A DNA stretch of 64,000 nucleotides, taken from NCBI RefSeq assembly GCF_001194135.2, contig NC_068985.1, forward strand, positions 78,810,618 to 78,874,617, written 5' to 3'. Made by a program: the position numbers and the translations under genes. Of the stretch, positions 50,796 to 64,000 are shown one piece after another (position 1 is the first letter of the stretch; each line of letters opens with the position of its first letter). This DNA comes from Octopus bimaculoides (taxonomy: Eukaryota). Below the pieces are notes generated by a model, which searched no databases, was not told where the DNA came from, and saw only the letters and a list, made by a program, of their open reading frames with translations.

Positions 50796-52273
50796 ATTTC
50801 AGGTTAAGCTATCACTTGATTATTGTTCTCTGAAACATATGCATTATGATGTGTTTTTTACAGTTCTGCTAGAGACCTGCATTCTTTTGCACAGCTCTGT
50901 AACAAGGGTGTATCTTGTAGTAGGTGTTCAGGGAAATTACCACCCACAATGACACATGCCATCACAGAATTTTTGTTTGAAAGTTTTGCCTTTTGCAGAT
51001 ATAGCCAGCAGCTATAGTATGCAACATGTAAGAGGGATGTTAGAAACATGCTAAAAACCAAACAATGTCCCCATGTGTTTGAGGGAGAGAGAGAGAGAGG
51101 GAGAGAGAGAGAGAGAGAGAGAACAAAATACAACAAACATTTAGTGGGTGGTAATGAAAGCTAGATGTACAATGTCTGATAATTTCTCATAGCAACCCAC
51201 ATCATATATGACATAATTGCATCCCAAAGATTAGAAATCCTTTTCGAATTACAAAAATATTTTGTCCTTGATCAGTTACTGGCACACTGAAAAGCTTGTC
51301 AAACCCACAATAAAACAAAATGTTCACATATTTAAGACAGTACTGCTGTTTACTACAAAAACAAACATGCTAAATCTCACCCAAACACCATTTAAATGAT
51401 TACCAAAAATACAACCACCAACATTCCACAACCTCTGTAATATATATATATATATATATAATGTTCTTCTTTGCTTCTGCTTCCTTAAAATAATAATTTA
51501 TATGTTATCTCCATTCAAGTCCACCTATTGAACAAACCTATTTTCTCTCCTTTCATCATCCTTACTGAGCATTTTCACACCAGTTTCCTACAACAAAACT
51601 ACTTTCACAAACATTCCTCTCCAAAACCTCAACTGTCTGGAATGACCTCTCTACCAGTGATTGACGTATAGGTGTTCAAACTAACCATCAAACTCAACAG
51701 GTGGTGGTGAATTGACAGTGCTGTTAGAGTACAAGATAAAATGCCTTGTGCTATATAATATGTTCAGGTTCTTGGCACTGTGAGTTCAAATCCAGTAAGT
51801 TCAACTTTATCTTTCATAATTTCAGGGTCTCAAAAATAAGCCACCATTCAGAAGAGGTGGATTAGCAGTTTCAACAGCATCAGGTAAGATGCCTTGCTGT
51901 ATTTATTTCAAATCTTTGTGTTCTGAATTCTTGGGCGGTAGGCTCAGTTTCCAGTTTCAAGATAAATGCCTTGATTCCCCACACCAGTTTTGGAGGCGAT
52001 GAAAAAATAAAAAGGTCCTGAGTTCTATTCTCTCCCTCCTTGATTAAACATTAAAAAAAGATAATGAAAATAATAATTACAATGTCAGGGAAAGCCTACG
52101 AAAGTCATCAAGAATATTACTCTTTCTTCTTTGAGTAATAAATTAAAAAAAATACTCAATTGGTAGAGTGCATTTCCCAGCATGCATCATATTAGGAAAT
52201 ATGGATAGTGACTATTATTACCCTGTTACAGGGATCCTCAAGCAATACAGCATCTCATTCTGCTGTGTACAGC

Positions 52274-52428
52274 AGGCATGGGCAACATTTCTCAAGAAGT
52301 GGGGCACATGAGACATGGCTTGTCATCACGTAGGTTGTACTACTAAAAAAAATTTCATGTAATTTATCACTGGTGTACCATTCAGAAAGTCCTATAGGCC
52401 ACATGCAGCCTGCAGTTCACCACAACTG
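52274..52428. mobile_element. Short hAT-like MITE
   Basis: Ends caggcatgggcaac ... gttcaccacaactg, with GC-rich subterminal motifs (ggccacatgcagcc). Confidence 0.45.
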
Positions 52429-52434
52429 GTGTAA

Positions 52435-52651
52435 CCCTTTAGCATTTAAACTGGCCATATCCAGCCCAAAATATTCTACCTGCTTTATGTTCAAACAGGC
52501 AGCTCCAGCCTATTACACCTACCCTTCATTGCCATTCTAAAACTATACAATTTTATCATTAATATTTCAAAGCTACAAAATAATGCATGATTAACTAAAA
52601 ACAATGCAAATGAAAAAGCATTGCATTTGACAGAATACGAATGCTAAAAGG
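52435..52651. mobile_element. piggyBac-type MITE
   Basis: (g)taa|CCCTTTAGCAT...ATGCTAAAAGG|ctaa; same family as 8868-9087. Confidence 0.8.
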
Positions 52652-53967
52652 CTAAAGGCATACACAGCCAATATACAGTATCACTACATTTGATAATTTA
52701 TGTATTTTTGCCAATTTCTGGTACTAACTATCAACTGTAATTAAACCCATGCTAGAAACCTGAAGCTAGAGGAAAAACAAATTGTGTCATTGTTCTATAA
52801 TTAGAACTAGGTTAGTTCTGATTGAGAAGGCCTGTGATAGGTGCATGATTGGCAATGTAATTATGATGTTACACATGTCGTGTCACAACAAATGAAAAAC
52901 GCACCTACTTTAACATTTCCAAATACCTAGATATACATGGCTGCATACAGATACCGACACAAACACACACTCCATATGCACACAAAACATTTCCTCTCAT
53001 GCATGTATACATTTGTACATACTCATAGACATTAACAAAACACTCGTTCTAACTTTCTCTTTCTCTCTCTCACACACTTACACAAACAAATGCGGAAATA
53101 CTTCCCACAAAAACATACACACACATAGTCCCTTTCTCTTTCATGCATAAACACAGACACACGTGCTTATACAGCTATTGTCACATGCATGAAAACAAAG
53201 CCCCACACAAAAACACCTCCATCAACACATATTTTCCGCCTTTGTCCATCTCTCTCTTCCTCACACAAACACACAACTGCAAACATAGACACATGATCTC
53301 TACCTTTCTCTATCACAAACATTCTCTCACCCCTCCATATGCAGCCAAACACCATCACACCCATAAGAATCCCACCACCACCACCATCACACCCATGAGG
53401 TAGTGGAGGAACTTCTATGTGGTCACTAAACCTACCAAAAATAGTAGTCAAATATCCCTGACATTGTGACTTACTGGTTTGAGCAAAGAAAGGATACACT
53501 GAATAATGCAGTCAGAAACACATTCCTAAAAAAGGCAAAATGGCCTTTGCTGGAATGTCATCAAAGATCTGATCAATCTGGGTATAAATAACATCCCAAA
53601 CACACATTCATTCTCTCTTTTTTTCACTATCAAACCCATACAAACCACTTACATAAAATAAAATAAAAAAGTACATAACTTGATCTCGCTTTCTTTCTCC
53701 CTTTCCCAATCCGCCATCGAAGTCCCAAGTAAACACTTATAGTGCCATACTTACATGACATCTTCCTACAGTTACAATTGTAAGGAACAAAGGGGTCAGC
53801 TTGTTTCCAGAGTTTAGAATAATCCAGCAACTCTTGTCAGCAATAAGGAACACAGTTAGGGAAGAGTATAGCTATTTCTGAAACGCTTCTTGGCTTCTGT
53901 CAAATCTGGAATAGAAAGAGACTATGTAAACAGTGTGTGTGTGCATGCATGCACATGTGTGTATATT

Positions 53968-53999
<32 letters not shown>

Positions 54000-54790
54000 C
54001 AAAATATAAAATAATGAAGGTGGCTAGATGCAATATAAAACCAAAAAGGAAAAATTCAACTGTCACTAATAGTGACACACACACATAATATACATAAATA
54101 GTTTCTCATCCAAAATGGATATGATTAGTACCATTTCCAAATGAATTACTTGAAAATTGTGGAAATCTTCCCCACATGAAACCATTGGTAGCATAGTTAA
54201 TCCACATGCAAAGAATATTTATCCACCAAGTGTAGTGTTGAGCATTCATTCTCGCTGTTCAATGCTAGCACACACACAAATATATACACATACGCATAAA
54301 TACATATAAACACACACACACACACACTCATTCATTTTTACAAGAAAAAGGTTGATAATAATTTTGAATTTTGGGTTTTCTGATTGTTATCAGAATGTCT
54401 GCAAACTTTTTACTTGTAATAATAAACATGTACATCAACCAACAGCTTGTTAGTAGTTTGGCATGCTAAGACCCAAAAGATAAAGTACCTAAATCAAAAG
54501 CAAATAAAAGCTGGGCATCAGGAAGTGGATGTAGCTGTATAACACTGCTTCAAGAAATCTTGTCTAATTCATGCCAGTATGGATAAAGCTAACATAAAAA
54601 TAATGATGATGGTGATGGTGATGATGACTGTTTGTTTTAACACAGAAGTAGTTCAGCCCACTGACTATCACAGTCAGTCAAGCAAAGTTAGTTCCAAGAT
54701 ACATCTACACATGGGTTTGTAATAATGGTTATTACATGCAGACAAACACAAATTGAAATATAACTCCATCAGTATCAAACTTAACAACTG

Positions 54791-54840
<50 letters not shown>

Positions 54841-55429
54841 NNNNNNNNNNNNNNNNNNNNNNNNNNNNNNNNNNNNNNNNNNNNNNNNNNNNNNNNNNNN
54901 NNNNNNNNNNNNNNNNNNNNNNNNNNNNNNNNNNNNNNNNNNNNNNNNNNNNNNNNNNNNNNNNNNNNNNNNNNNNNNNNNNNNNNNNNNNNNNNNNNNN
55001 NNNNNNNNNNNNNNNNNNNNNNNNNNNNNNNNNNNNNNNNNNNNNNNNNNNNNNNNNNNNNNNNNNNNNNNNNNNNNNNNNNNNNNNNNNNNNNNNNNNN
55101 NNNNNNNNNNNNNNNNNNNNNNNNNNNNNNNNNNNNNNNNNNNNNNNNNNNNNNNNNNNNNNNNNNNNNNNNNNNNNNNNNNNNNNNNNNNNNNNNNNNN
55201 NNNNNNNNNNNNNNNNNNNNNNNNNNNNNNNNNNNNNNNNNNNNNNNNNNNNNNNNNNNNNNNNNNNNNNNNNNNNNNNNNNNNNNNNNNNNNNNNNNNN
55301 NNNNNNNNNNNNNNNNNNNNNNNNNNNNNNNNNNNNNNNNNNNNNNNNNNNNNNNNNNNNNNNNNNNNNNNNNNNNNNNNNNNNNNNNNNNNNNNNNNNN
55401 NNNNNNNNNNNNNNNNNNNNNNNNNNNNN
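54841..55429. other. Assembly gap (others: 15391-15426, 18331-18424, 28959-28968, 56406-56560, 59845-59854, 61740-62230)
   Basis: Runs of N, mostly flanked by microsatellites. Confidence 1.
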
Positions 55430-55505
<76 letters not shown>

Positions 55506-57098
55506 GTGTTTCCTTGACCTTTTCAGATTGTTGTAAGTTTATGTCATTTGTTTTTGATATTTTGTGAAAACATGTCAGGCCATGGGAAAATGTTACCTTG
55601 CCTGGAAACAGGAAAGGCATTCAGCTGTAGAAAAATCTGCCTCAGTAAACTCCATGTGTTCCATGTATGCAAGTAAAAGTGGATATTAAAATGATGATGA
55701 TTGCGAAAATAGACAGAGAGAGAGAGATAGTCAAAGTTGATGGTTTAGTTTGTGATACTCTGAGTTTCTTACTTGTCTCTGTCCATTTGTTATCTGTACT
55801 CTTACTTGTATCTGTTTGTTATCCGAATGAATGCATACAAATGAGAAACTTGTAGTTACTATGAGTTGAATCATTAGTTTTTGAATAAATAAATACACTC
55901 AACTATTAGATCTGTATTTGCATGTACATACATGTGTTTAGCTGTATTTGTATGTAAATGTGGCTTGCATGTGTGTGTAATCCCAAGAAGCAATAAAACT
56001 GTTTGCATAATAATAGCAATGCCTTCCTTCAGCAACACCACAAACAAGAAAGAAAGAGAGAAAAGAGACAGAAAGAGACCTACAGCAACGTTTTCCCTGT
56101 GTGATTTAATAATAAAAAGTCTCAAAAGTATTGTATTGAAAGGCAAATATTTCAAAAGACTTGGAGGCAGAAATTATAAACAGAACTTTAAAATATAATC
56201 AAAGTCAAATAAAACTAAAAAGAAAAACGACTACTTTTTATTGATATAGTTTAAGTAGTTGTTTTTGTTTTATTTTTTGCTTTTTTTTTTTATTGATAAT
56301 CTTTGATCAATAACAGATTATACAATCCAAGAAAGAAAAACCTGTTCTTCCTGCTTATCGAGTTTTCTTTTAATTTATGTCAGATTAAACACCATCTGTA
56401 TTATANNNNNNNNNNNNNNNNNNNNNNNNNNNNNNNNNNNNNNNNNNNNNNNNNNNNNNNNNNNNNNNNNNNNNNNNNNNNNNNNNNNNNNNNNNNNNNN
56501 NNNNNNNNNNNNNNNNNNNNNNNNNNNNNNNNNNNNNNNNNNNNNNNNNNNNNNNNNNNNTATATATATATATATATATGTATGTATATACACACACACA
56601 CACGTATATTCTCTGATAGCAAGCATGTTATATGTATGTTTACAACAAGGTATAAAAATTAGTTATGGATTAATTCACATCAGGACTGACCTTGCTTGTT
56701 TTTTTCTTTATATCCCAACTATGGTAAAAACATCAACATTACTTTTATGTGTACTTTTCCAGTTTGCATGGGTCAGTTGAGAGTATATGAGTGCAGAGGT
56801 CTCTATGGTCAGATGCCCTCCTTGTTGCCAACCCTTACTTGTTTCAAAATGAGGTAGTAATCTCGCAGTCTATCAAACAACAAGCAAACCAGACATATCC
56901 ATGTGCAAAACTGAAACCAAAAGCCACTGTATAAATAATAATGAGTCTGTTTTGCTTACAAAGATTGTGTAACATGTCAAGACAAGTCAAAAAGCCCAGA
57001 TATGCATTCACAGTGGATTGCAAGGAAGCAGCATCATTAGTAAAGCCACAGTTTACAAACCAGTGAAGAGTGAAAATTGAATTCATTCACACAAATAC

Positions 57099-57481
57099 AG
57101 GAAGACATGAGATGAAGTGGTGAGAAAGGATCTTTGGACGCTGGGCCCCACTGAAGAAATGACAAGGGACCAGGAGATGTGGTGATTTGCTGTACTTGAT
57201 AAGGCACGTCAAGCTAAGTAAAATCGCTGTCTTCCACACATGCAGGCTTGTCCTTTCAGGAGCCAGTGCCACTTAAAAGAACTTGTGCCGGTGTTGCATT
57301 GACACGTAAAAAGCACCCAGCACACTCTGTTAAGTGGTTGGCATTAGGAAGGACATCCAGCCATAGAAACCATGCCACAACAGACAGTTGGACTTTGGAC
57401 AACTCCCTGCCAGCCAGCTGCATGTCAAACTATCCAACCCATGCTAGCATGGAGAGCAGATATCAAACAATGATGATGACG
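57099..57481 (+). mobile_element. RTE-type LINE 3' end
   Basis: RKT*DEVVRKDLWTLG.TEEMTRDQEMW..AVL.K ORF end, then 3' UTR gttggcattaggaagg.catccagccatagaaacc and a (GAT)n tail. A similar ORF end lies at 16275-16410. Confidence 0.8.
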
Positions 57482-58260
57482 ATAACAGAAATAGAGATTC
57501 AAAAGAATGAAACAGAGCTCACAGTAAACTCTCTGCCTGTTGCACTGCTATCACGGAAAACAGTGGTTAAGGATAAGGTTTACCTTCATCATCATTCTGA
57601 ACTTTGATGTACACTTGCAATGATATGTTCTGATGGAGTAATTTGTTCTTTATGTTTCAACAAAATTATATTTATATACATACATCTATATGTATATTTA
57701 TGTGCACTGGGCAATTAAACATTGTTGATGTAACTGGACACAGATTATAAAACAGCTCTCAATAAATGGAATAAGCATTTCTTCTCTCCTCTTATTTTGC
57801 GTTTGTGTGTGTGTGTGTGTGTGTGTGTATACATATACACCTACATGTGTACATACACATTTATTGGCACACACTCTTGTACCAACTCTCCAACTTTTGA
57901 ACAACAATAACAATGTCTGCAATATCTGTAGCAACATATGTTGTATGTTAACACAACAGGACAGGGGTGCATGTACATGTGTGTAATTAGATTGTGGAGA
58001 TGACCCAAATCAGGAGTGCAACAGGCCAAGTATCTATGAATCTGGTAACATTCAATGGTGGTTGTAAATCTAAATATATATTTGTCCAAAATCATGTAGG
58101 AGGGTGTAGAAGAAAGAGTAGTGTAAATGAAAGGAGAGGAAAGAAAATAATAATTCAGTGAAGGATGAGTAATGAGAGTAATAGCCATGACTGAGAGGGA
58201 GAGAAAGAAAGTAGTAGCAATGAGAGAGGAAGTGGCAAAGAGCACATTGTGTATCTTCTA

Positions 58261-58885
58261 TTATAATAGTACTCTTGTGTTTTTGTCCGTCACAACATAT
58301 GAGAAAGGAAAGGGTGATAGATGAATAATGAAGGAAAGAGTGAAAAATATCAGCATTTCAACTCTATGTATGTAAAAGGGAGGTGTGTGAATGTTTGTTT
58401 GTGTGTGCAAGGGAAGTATGTGAATGTATGTGAAAATTGACAAGTGTATTAATTTGATTTACAATCCATATCTCCTACTATAATAATACTCGTGTCTTTC
58501 TGTCACAACATATGAATGAGAAAGGAAGGGGTGATAAATGATCAAGGAAGAAAGGGGTAATGGCAAACTTGGTAGTGGGATGATGGAAGTTCTATGGTGA
58601 AAAAACAAAATCAAACAGTATTTCAACTCTGCGTATGAGTGTGTGCATGTAAAAGGGAGTCATGTGAATGTGTGTGTGTGTGTGTGCATGTAAATGTGTG
58701 TTTGTGTGTGTGTGTGTGTGTGCATGTAAAAGGGAGTCATGTGAATGTGTGTGTGTGTGTGTGTGCAATGGAAGTGGGATGGCAAACATTTGACACTGAA
58801 AAGAAAAATCAAACAGTGTTTCAACTTTGCGTGTACGTGTGTACAAGGGAAGTATGCGAATGTTTGTATCTGTGATTATTATGTA
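58261..58885. repeat. Complex local duplication (AG- and TG-rich blocks repeated 2-3 times)
   Basis: gtcacaacatatga..gagaaaggaa.ggtgata occurs at ~58288 and ~58502. atcaaacagt.tttcaact occurs at ~58609 and ~58808. catgtaaaagggagtcatgtgaatg occurs at ~58646 and ~58723. Confidence 0.75.
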
Positions 58886-59698
58886 ACTTATGTATATATA
58901 ACATACTACAATTAGCCATCACTTTTGATGACACGGGGCCATCTAGTACAATAGGAAACAGAATATAAAACAAAACATGCAGAAAACATTGGGGACAGTT
59001 ATGAGGGGAGAACCTTATAAAGTTGTGATTCTTGGGACAGTATCATCCCACTGGGTGTGTTGAGAATCCATTGGAGGAGGCAAATATCAAGAAAGAGAGT
59101 TATGGAGGCAAATATCGAGAGGGAATTGTTTAAAAAGCAGTTGTGCTTTGCATAGAAATAAAATATTTAAATAAGTGCAATACTTATAAACACATCTTCA
59201 GAAAAAAAATTCCTAGTTAGGATTAATTGAGTTGTATCCTGGTGATTGATGGTGTACCAAATCTTCATTATTTTAGTCCAACATCTTTTTTAGTAATTTT
59301 CATAAAAATGTAATATAGCAGGTACCAAGCTATGGAACTATTTCGAAAGAAACACATATTGATTGGCTTAGTGTAAAAACATCAAACAAATAATTAACCA
59401 CTGCAAAAATTAACTTCTACTTGATTAACATAACTTGCTGGGTTTTTTTCTATTTTTTACCTCCTTTTCAGCTCATGGAAGAGGGGGAATTTGTAAAATA
59501 CTATTCTGTGAAAGGAAAGCACCAGGTCACAAAAGAATAAGAACCACTGCTGTAGAGGGACTGTGGCTCAAAAATATACACAAAGGAATCATTACCTGAT
59601 TATAAAGTGCTATCACTATGACAAGACTAAATTAGCAAATGCAATGTTTCTCAGAGGAGGGCCTGTGGAGATTGGGGAAAAGGGGAAAAAAACTGCTA

Positions 59699-60161
59699 TA
59701 CTCTTTTACTTGTTTCAGTCATTTGACTGTGGCCATGCTGGAGCACCACCTTTAGTCGAGAAAATCGACCCCAGGACTTATTCTTTGGAAGCCTAGTACT
59801 TATTCTATTGGTCTCTTTTGCCGAACCGCTAAGTTACGGGGACGNNNNNNNNNNTAGTACTTATTCTATTGGTCTCTTTTGCCGAACCGCTAAGTTACGG
59901 GGACGTAAACACACCAGCATCAGTTGTCAAGCGATGTTGGGGAGACAAACACAGACACGCAAACATATACACACACATACATATATATACATATATACAA
60001 CAGGCCTCTTTCAGCGTCCGTCCACCAAATCCACCCACAAGGCTTTGGTCGGCCCAAGGCTATAGTAGAAGACACTTGCCCAAGGTGCCACGCAGTGGGA
60101 CTGAACCCAGAACCATGCGGCCGGCAAGCAAGCCACTCACCACACAGCCACTCCTGCGCCT
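59699..60161 (-). mobile_element. SINE family A, near-intact, interrupted by a 10-N gap
   Basis: Reverse-complement match to 36711-37115. Confidence 0.85.
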
Positions 60162-61667
60162 TTACTAAAATTAAAATGGTTTAAACTTTTTTAAGTTATC
60201 TGAAAACCATGACAAAGAAAGAATTAAATAAATGCAAACTATCTTCTCATTAATCAAGCGAAGACAGCAAAATATACCACTAGCAGAAGAGCTGTTATTT
60301 TGAACCCCACTGATCTGATGTGTACGTCATTTTATAAAACAGTATAGTGTAATATGAGAAGATTTGGTTTGTATTACTAGCAGCTCAAGTGACTATGTAC
60401 TCCCCTTTTAAATGGTTGTGTAATAGCAATAGTAATTGTTGTCTACTAATGTTTCTTATTGGTGAGAGCCATGGACAGTATCTGAGGATAAACAGGTGGG
60501 AAGACAATGCCACCGTGCATACTATATTATTTGCAGAATGTGGATAATAAACCATCCAAAATGATTTTTAAATTACCTAAGCCTAGTACTCTGTACCATT
60601 TCCATTATTCAGAGTAAACACTGAATTCACAGCACACAACTGCATTGTGACATGCCATTTTTATCCCAACTGGCCATGCTCTATTCAAACTTATTCTGAA
60701 ACCGAGGAGGGAAGGATCACATAACATTTAAGCACTAGAAAAATGCCACTAAGGATTATAGATAATACCTAACCACACACACACACACGTACATACACAC
60801 GTATGTATGTTGGTTCAATGGAAAAAAAAGTACCAAGTACACTTTGTATAGTGGTTGGCAACAGCAAGGGCATCAAGCCTTAGAAACCTTGCCAAAGCTG
60901 ATATTAGAGACTAACTCATCCTTTGTGCCAGTCAGATTCTGTTGAACTGTCTAACCCATGCCAACATGGAATATGGACATTAAATGATGATGATAATAAT
61001 AATGATGATGATGATATATAAGTATGCATACACATATGAACATATACAGATGCTTATATACTTATGTTTATATGCAAGAGTGTTGGCTGTTTCTTTTGTC
61101 AACATTAACTACAACTTCAAATCCATTGGCCGCCACAAAGGAATATATATGACAAAGTCTTAAGTGAATCTTTTATGCTCCATAGCAACACTAGAATCAG
61201 GAAGAATAGTTGCTGGTATTAATAAACAGTAACAAAGATGGTTGGGGTGGGGAAGGAGTGTACAGAGGACAACAATAAAAAGAAGTAAAGAAGATGAAAA
61301 ACATGAAGGACGAAATATTACATTAAAAAAAAAAAAATGAAGGAAATACAAGAACAAAAACAGAAGCCTAGGAAAAACAAAAAGAAAAAAACAGGAAAGA
61401 AGAGAAACATTAAAGGGATATTTAAAAATAAATGGTGGTGGTGAAGAAAATATCAAAATAATAATAATAAACAATGAAAAAAAAAAACAGGAAAAGATGA
61501 AATAAAAAGATATATCAAATACAAAAAGTACACCAGACAGACACAAATATATACATACATACATACACACACATTTATAAATATGCATATATATATACAT
61601 ATATGAATAAATATGCATATATACATATATGTATACATATACACACATATATGCATACATATATAAA

Positions 61668-61739
<72 letters not shown>

Positions 61740-62282
61740 NNNNNNNNNNNNNNNNNNNNNNNNNNNNNNNNNNNNNNNNNNNNNNNNNNNNNNNNNNNNN
61801 NNNNNNNNNNNNNNNNNNNNNNNNNNNNNNNNNNNNNNNNNNNNNNNNNNNNNNNNNNNNNNNNNNNNNNNNNNNNNNNNNNNNNNNNNNNNNNNNNNNN
61901 NNNNNNNNNNNNNNNNNNNNNNNNNNNNNNNNNNNNNNNNNNNNNNNNNNNNNNNNNNNNNNNNNNNNNNNNNNNNNNNNNNNNNNNNNNNNNNNNNNNN
62001 NNNNNNNNNNNNNNNNNNNNNNNNNNNNNNNNNNNNNNNNNNNNNNNNNNNNNNNNNNNNNNNNNNNNNNNNNNNNNNNNNNNNNNNNNNNNNNNNNNNN
62101 NNNNNNNNNNNNNNNNNNNNNNNNNNNNNNNNNNNNNNNNNNNNNNNNNNNNNNNNNNNNNNNNNNNNNNNNNNNNNNNNNNNNNNNNNNNNNNNNNNNN
62201 NNNNNNNNNNNNNNNNNNNNNNNNNNNNNNTATATATATATATATACATAAATAGATATGAGTGTATATATACATGTGTATA

Positions 62283-62345
<63 letters not shown>

Positions 62346-63479
62346 GCACGTGCACACATTCACATATACACCTGCATGTCTATATGTGTGTACATACCTA
62401 TATGTGCATGTGTGATTTTAAATGCTGGCAAGTCATCAAAGAAGTGAAAATATTGATGTCCTTCTCGATCGAAGCATCCGCTATTGATTTCTGTAATAGA
62501 CATATTGCAAAACACTTGATGGGAATGGAGGCATAACAAATAAATTAATTTTTTTAAGTATTAGTAAAAATAACACTAATAACACTGTATATATGTAATA
62601 ACTACACACTCACATAAAACTCTTAAATTGCTTCTTCATTTGTCATTTGAAGGCATCAATGACAGGGCTCAATGTCTAGTTAGAAATTACCTAGAGCCCA
62701 TGTCTTATGTCAATGTGAATTGAAATAATGAAAATCATGACAATTTCCATTTAAAAAAAAAAGGGTTTTTTTTATGCATGTCCATGCGTACAGACATATT
62801 TGTGTGTGTGTGTATTTGTGTGTGTGCATGTGGACAAATGAAAGTGCCATTCAACACATCTGGTATGAGTTACATGTTTTTTAATAATAATCAAGCTTGT
62901 GTGTGTTTATATATATATATATATATATACATACATACACACATCTATACATACATACATATACATCTATACATACATATATACACACACACACACATAT
63001 ATATACAAACACACATACATCTATACATATATATATATGCATACACATATACATCTATACATATATATACACACACACGCATGTATATAAAGACACACAC
63101 ACACACACAAATAAACATGCATATAAGTCGGAGGACAGCTTAGCTGGCCAAAATGTCAAAGTTAATACTATTCTTGTTAAAGAATAATAAATTTGTACTC
63201 TACAAAAGCATGGTGTAATCCTTCAGATTAATGCAAAATTGTTTTTATTATAACTGAACATAAAACAAACATTAATATTATATATACGTTATGATGTGAG
63301 TTGGCAGAATTATTAGAATGTCAGGCAAAATGCTTAACAGTATTTTGTTCAACTTTACGTTCAGAATTTAAATTCCACCAAAGTGAACTTTGCCTTTCAT
63401 CCTTTCAGGGATGAAAGTACCAGTTGAACACTGGGGTGAATGTAATCAATTTACTTCCTCCCTGAAATTACTGGTCTTG

Positions 63480-63765
63480 TGATACCATGTAAAAAGTATC
63501 TGTGCCAGTATCATGTAAAAGCACCCATGCCAGCACCTCATAGACATTGCCCTTATGGCATCATGTAAAAATCAACTGTGCCAGTGCCATGCAAAGTTAC
63601 CTAGTACACTCTGTAAAGTGGTTGGCATTAGGAAGGGCATCCACCCATAGAAATCATGCCAAAACAGTTGACTGGGGCCTGGTACAGCCCTTCGACTTGT
63701 CAGCTCCTATCAAACCAGCCAACCCATGCCAGCATGGAAAACAGGTGTCAAATGATGATGATGAT
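63480..63765 (+). mobile_element. RTE LINE 3' tail
   Basis: Same 3' UTR motif and (GAT)n tail. Confidence 0.8.
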
Positions 63766-63792
63766 CAATATATATATATATATATATATATA

Positions 63793-64000
63793 TCATCATC
63801 GTTTAACGTCCGCTTTCCATGCTAGCATGGGTTGGACGATTTGACTGAAGACTGGTGAACCAGATGGCTACACCAGGCTCCAATCTGATTTAGCAGAGTT
63901 TCTACAGCTGGATGCCCTTCCTAACGCCAACCACTCTGAGAGTGTAGTGGGTGCTTTTACGTGCCACCGGCACGAAGGCCAGTCAGGAGGTACTCACAAC
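63793..64000 (-). mobile_element. RTE LINE 3' tail (young subfamily), tail-to-tail with the previous copy
   Basis: catcatcgtttaacgtccgctttccatgctagcatgggttgg...; nearly identical to 47911-48090. Confidence 0.85.

Noticed and set aside
50999-51027. Short splice-flanked open segments (also ~6475-6490, 20361, 30565-30595, 36118-36160, 40092-40170, 59472-59525, 60537-60613)
   Set aside because: AG/GT-flanked open stretches of this size are expected by chance in AT-rich DNA. They show no homology and no consistent phase chain, and some overlap repeats.
59796-59904. 49-bp direct duplication inside a SINE
   Set aside because: The copies flank a 10-N gap, so this is most likely a contig-overlap artefact.
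54781-62536. Long ORFs in the track (54781-55620, 54794-55471, 56303-56662, 61160-62415 etc.)
   Set aside because: They are open only because they run through N-gaps and dinucleotide microsatellites.

Overview
AT-rich eukaryotic DNA that is dense in repeats and has seven N-gaps. The SINE, RTE-tail and MITE families look like those of an octopod cephalopod (Octopus; recognised from memory, not searched). Only one intact protein-coding segment is supportable. It is a minus-strand terminal exon (13806..12890, about 305 codons) encoding a SAMD3-like C-terminal domain, and its upstream exons were not found. Everything else recognisable is mobile or repetitive DNA. Class II elements: a full-length decayed piggyBac (44790-47282), a DD37D/maT element (27694-28958), mariner, Tc1, pogo and hAT relics, a hAT deletion derivative with a perfect 8-bp TSD, and several MITEs. 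Class I elements: a Penelope-like retroelement with an inverted 5' arm (48361-50763), many tRNA-derived SINEs (some in head-to-tail piles) and RTE 3' tails. Tandem repeats: a 19-22-bp satellite with a ~70-bp higher-order block, and many microsatellites. The most unusual signals are five hammerhead-ribozyme-like motifs. Two of them, in the Penelope arms, carry a compensatory U3-A8 core in place of C3-G8. Most short ORFs in the supplied track are microsatellite or repeat artefacts.
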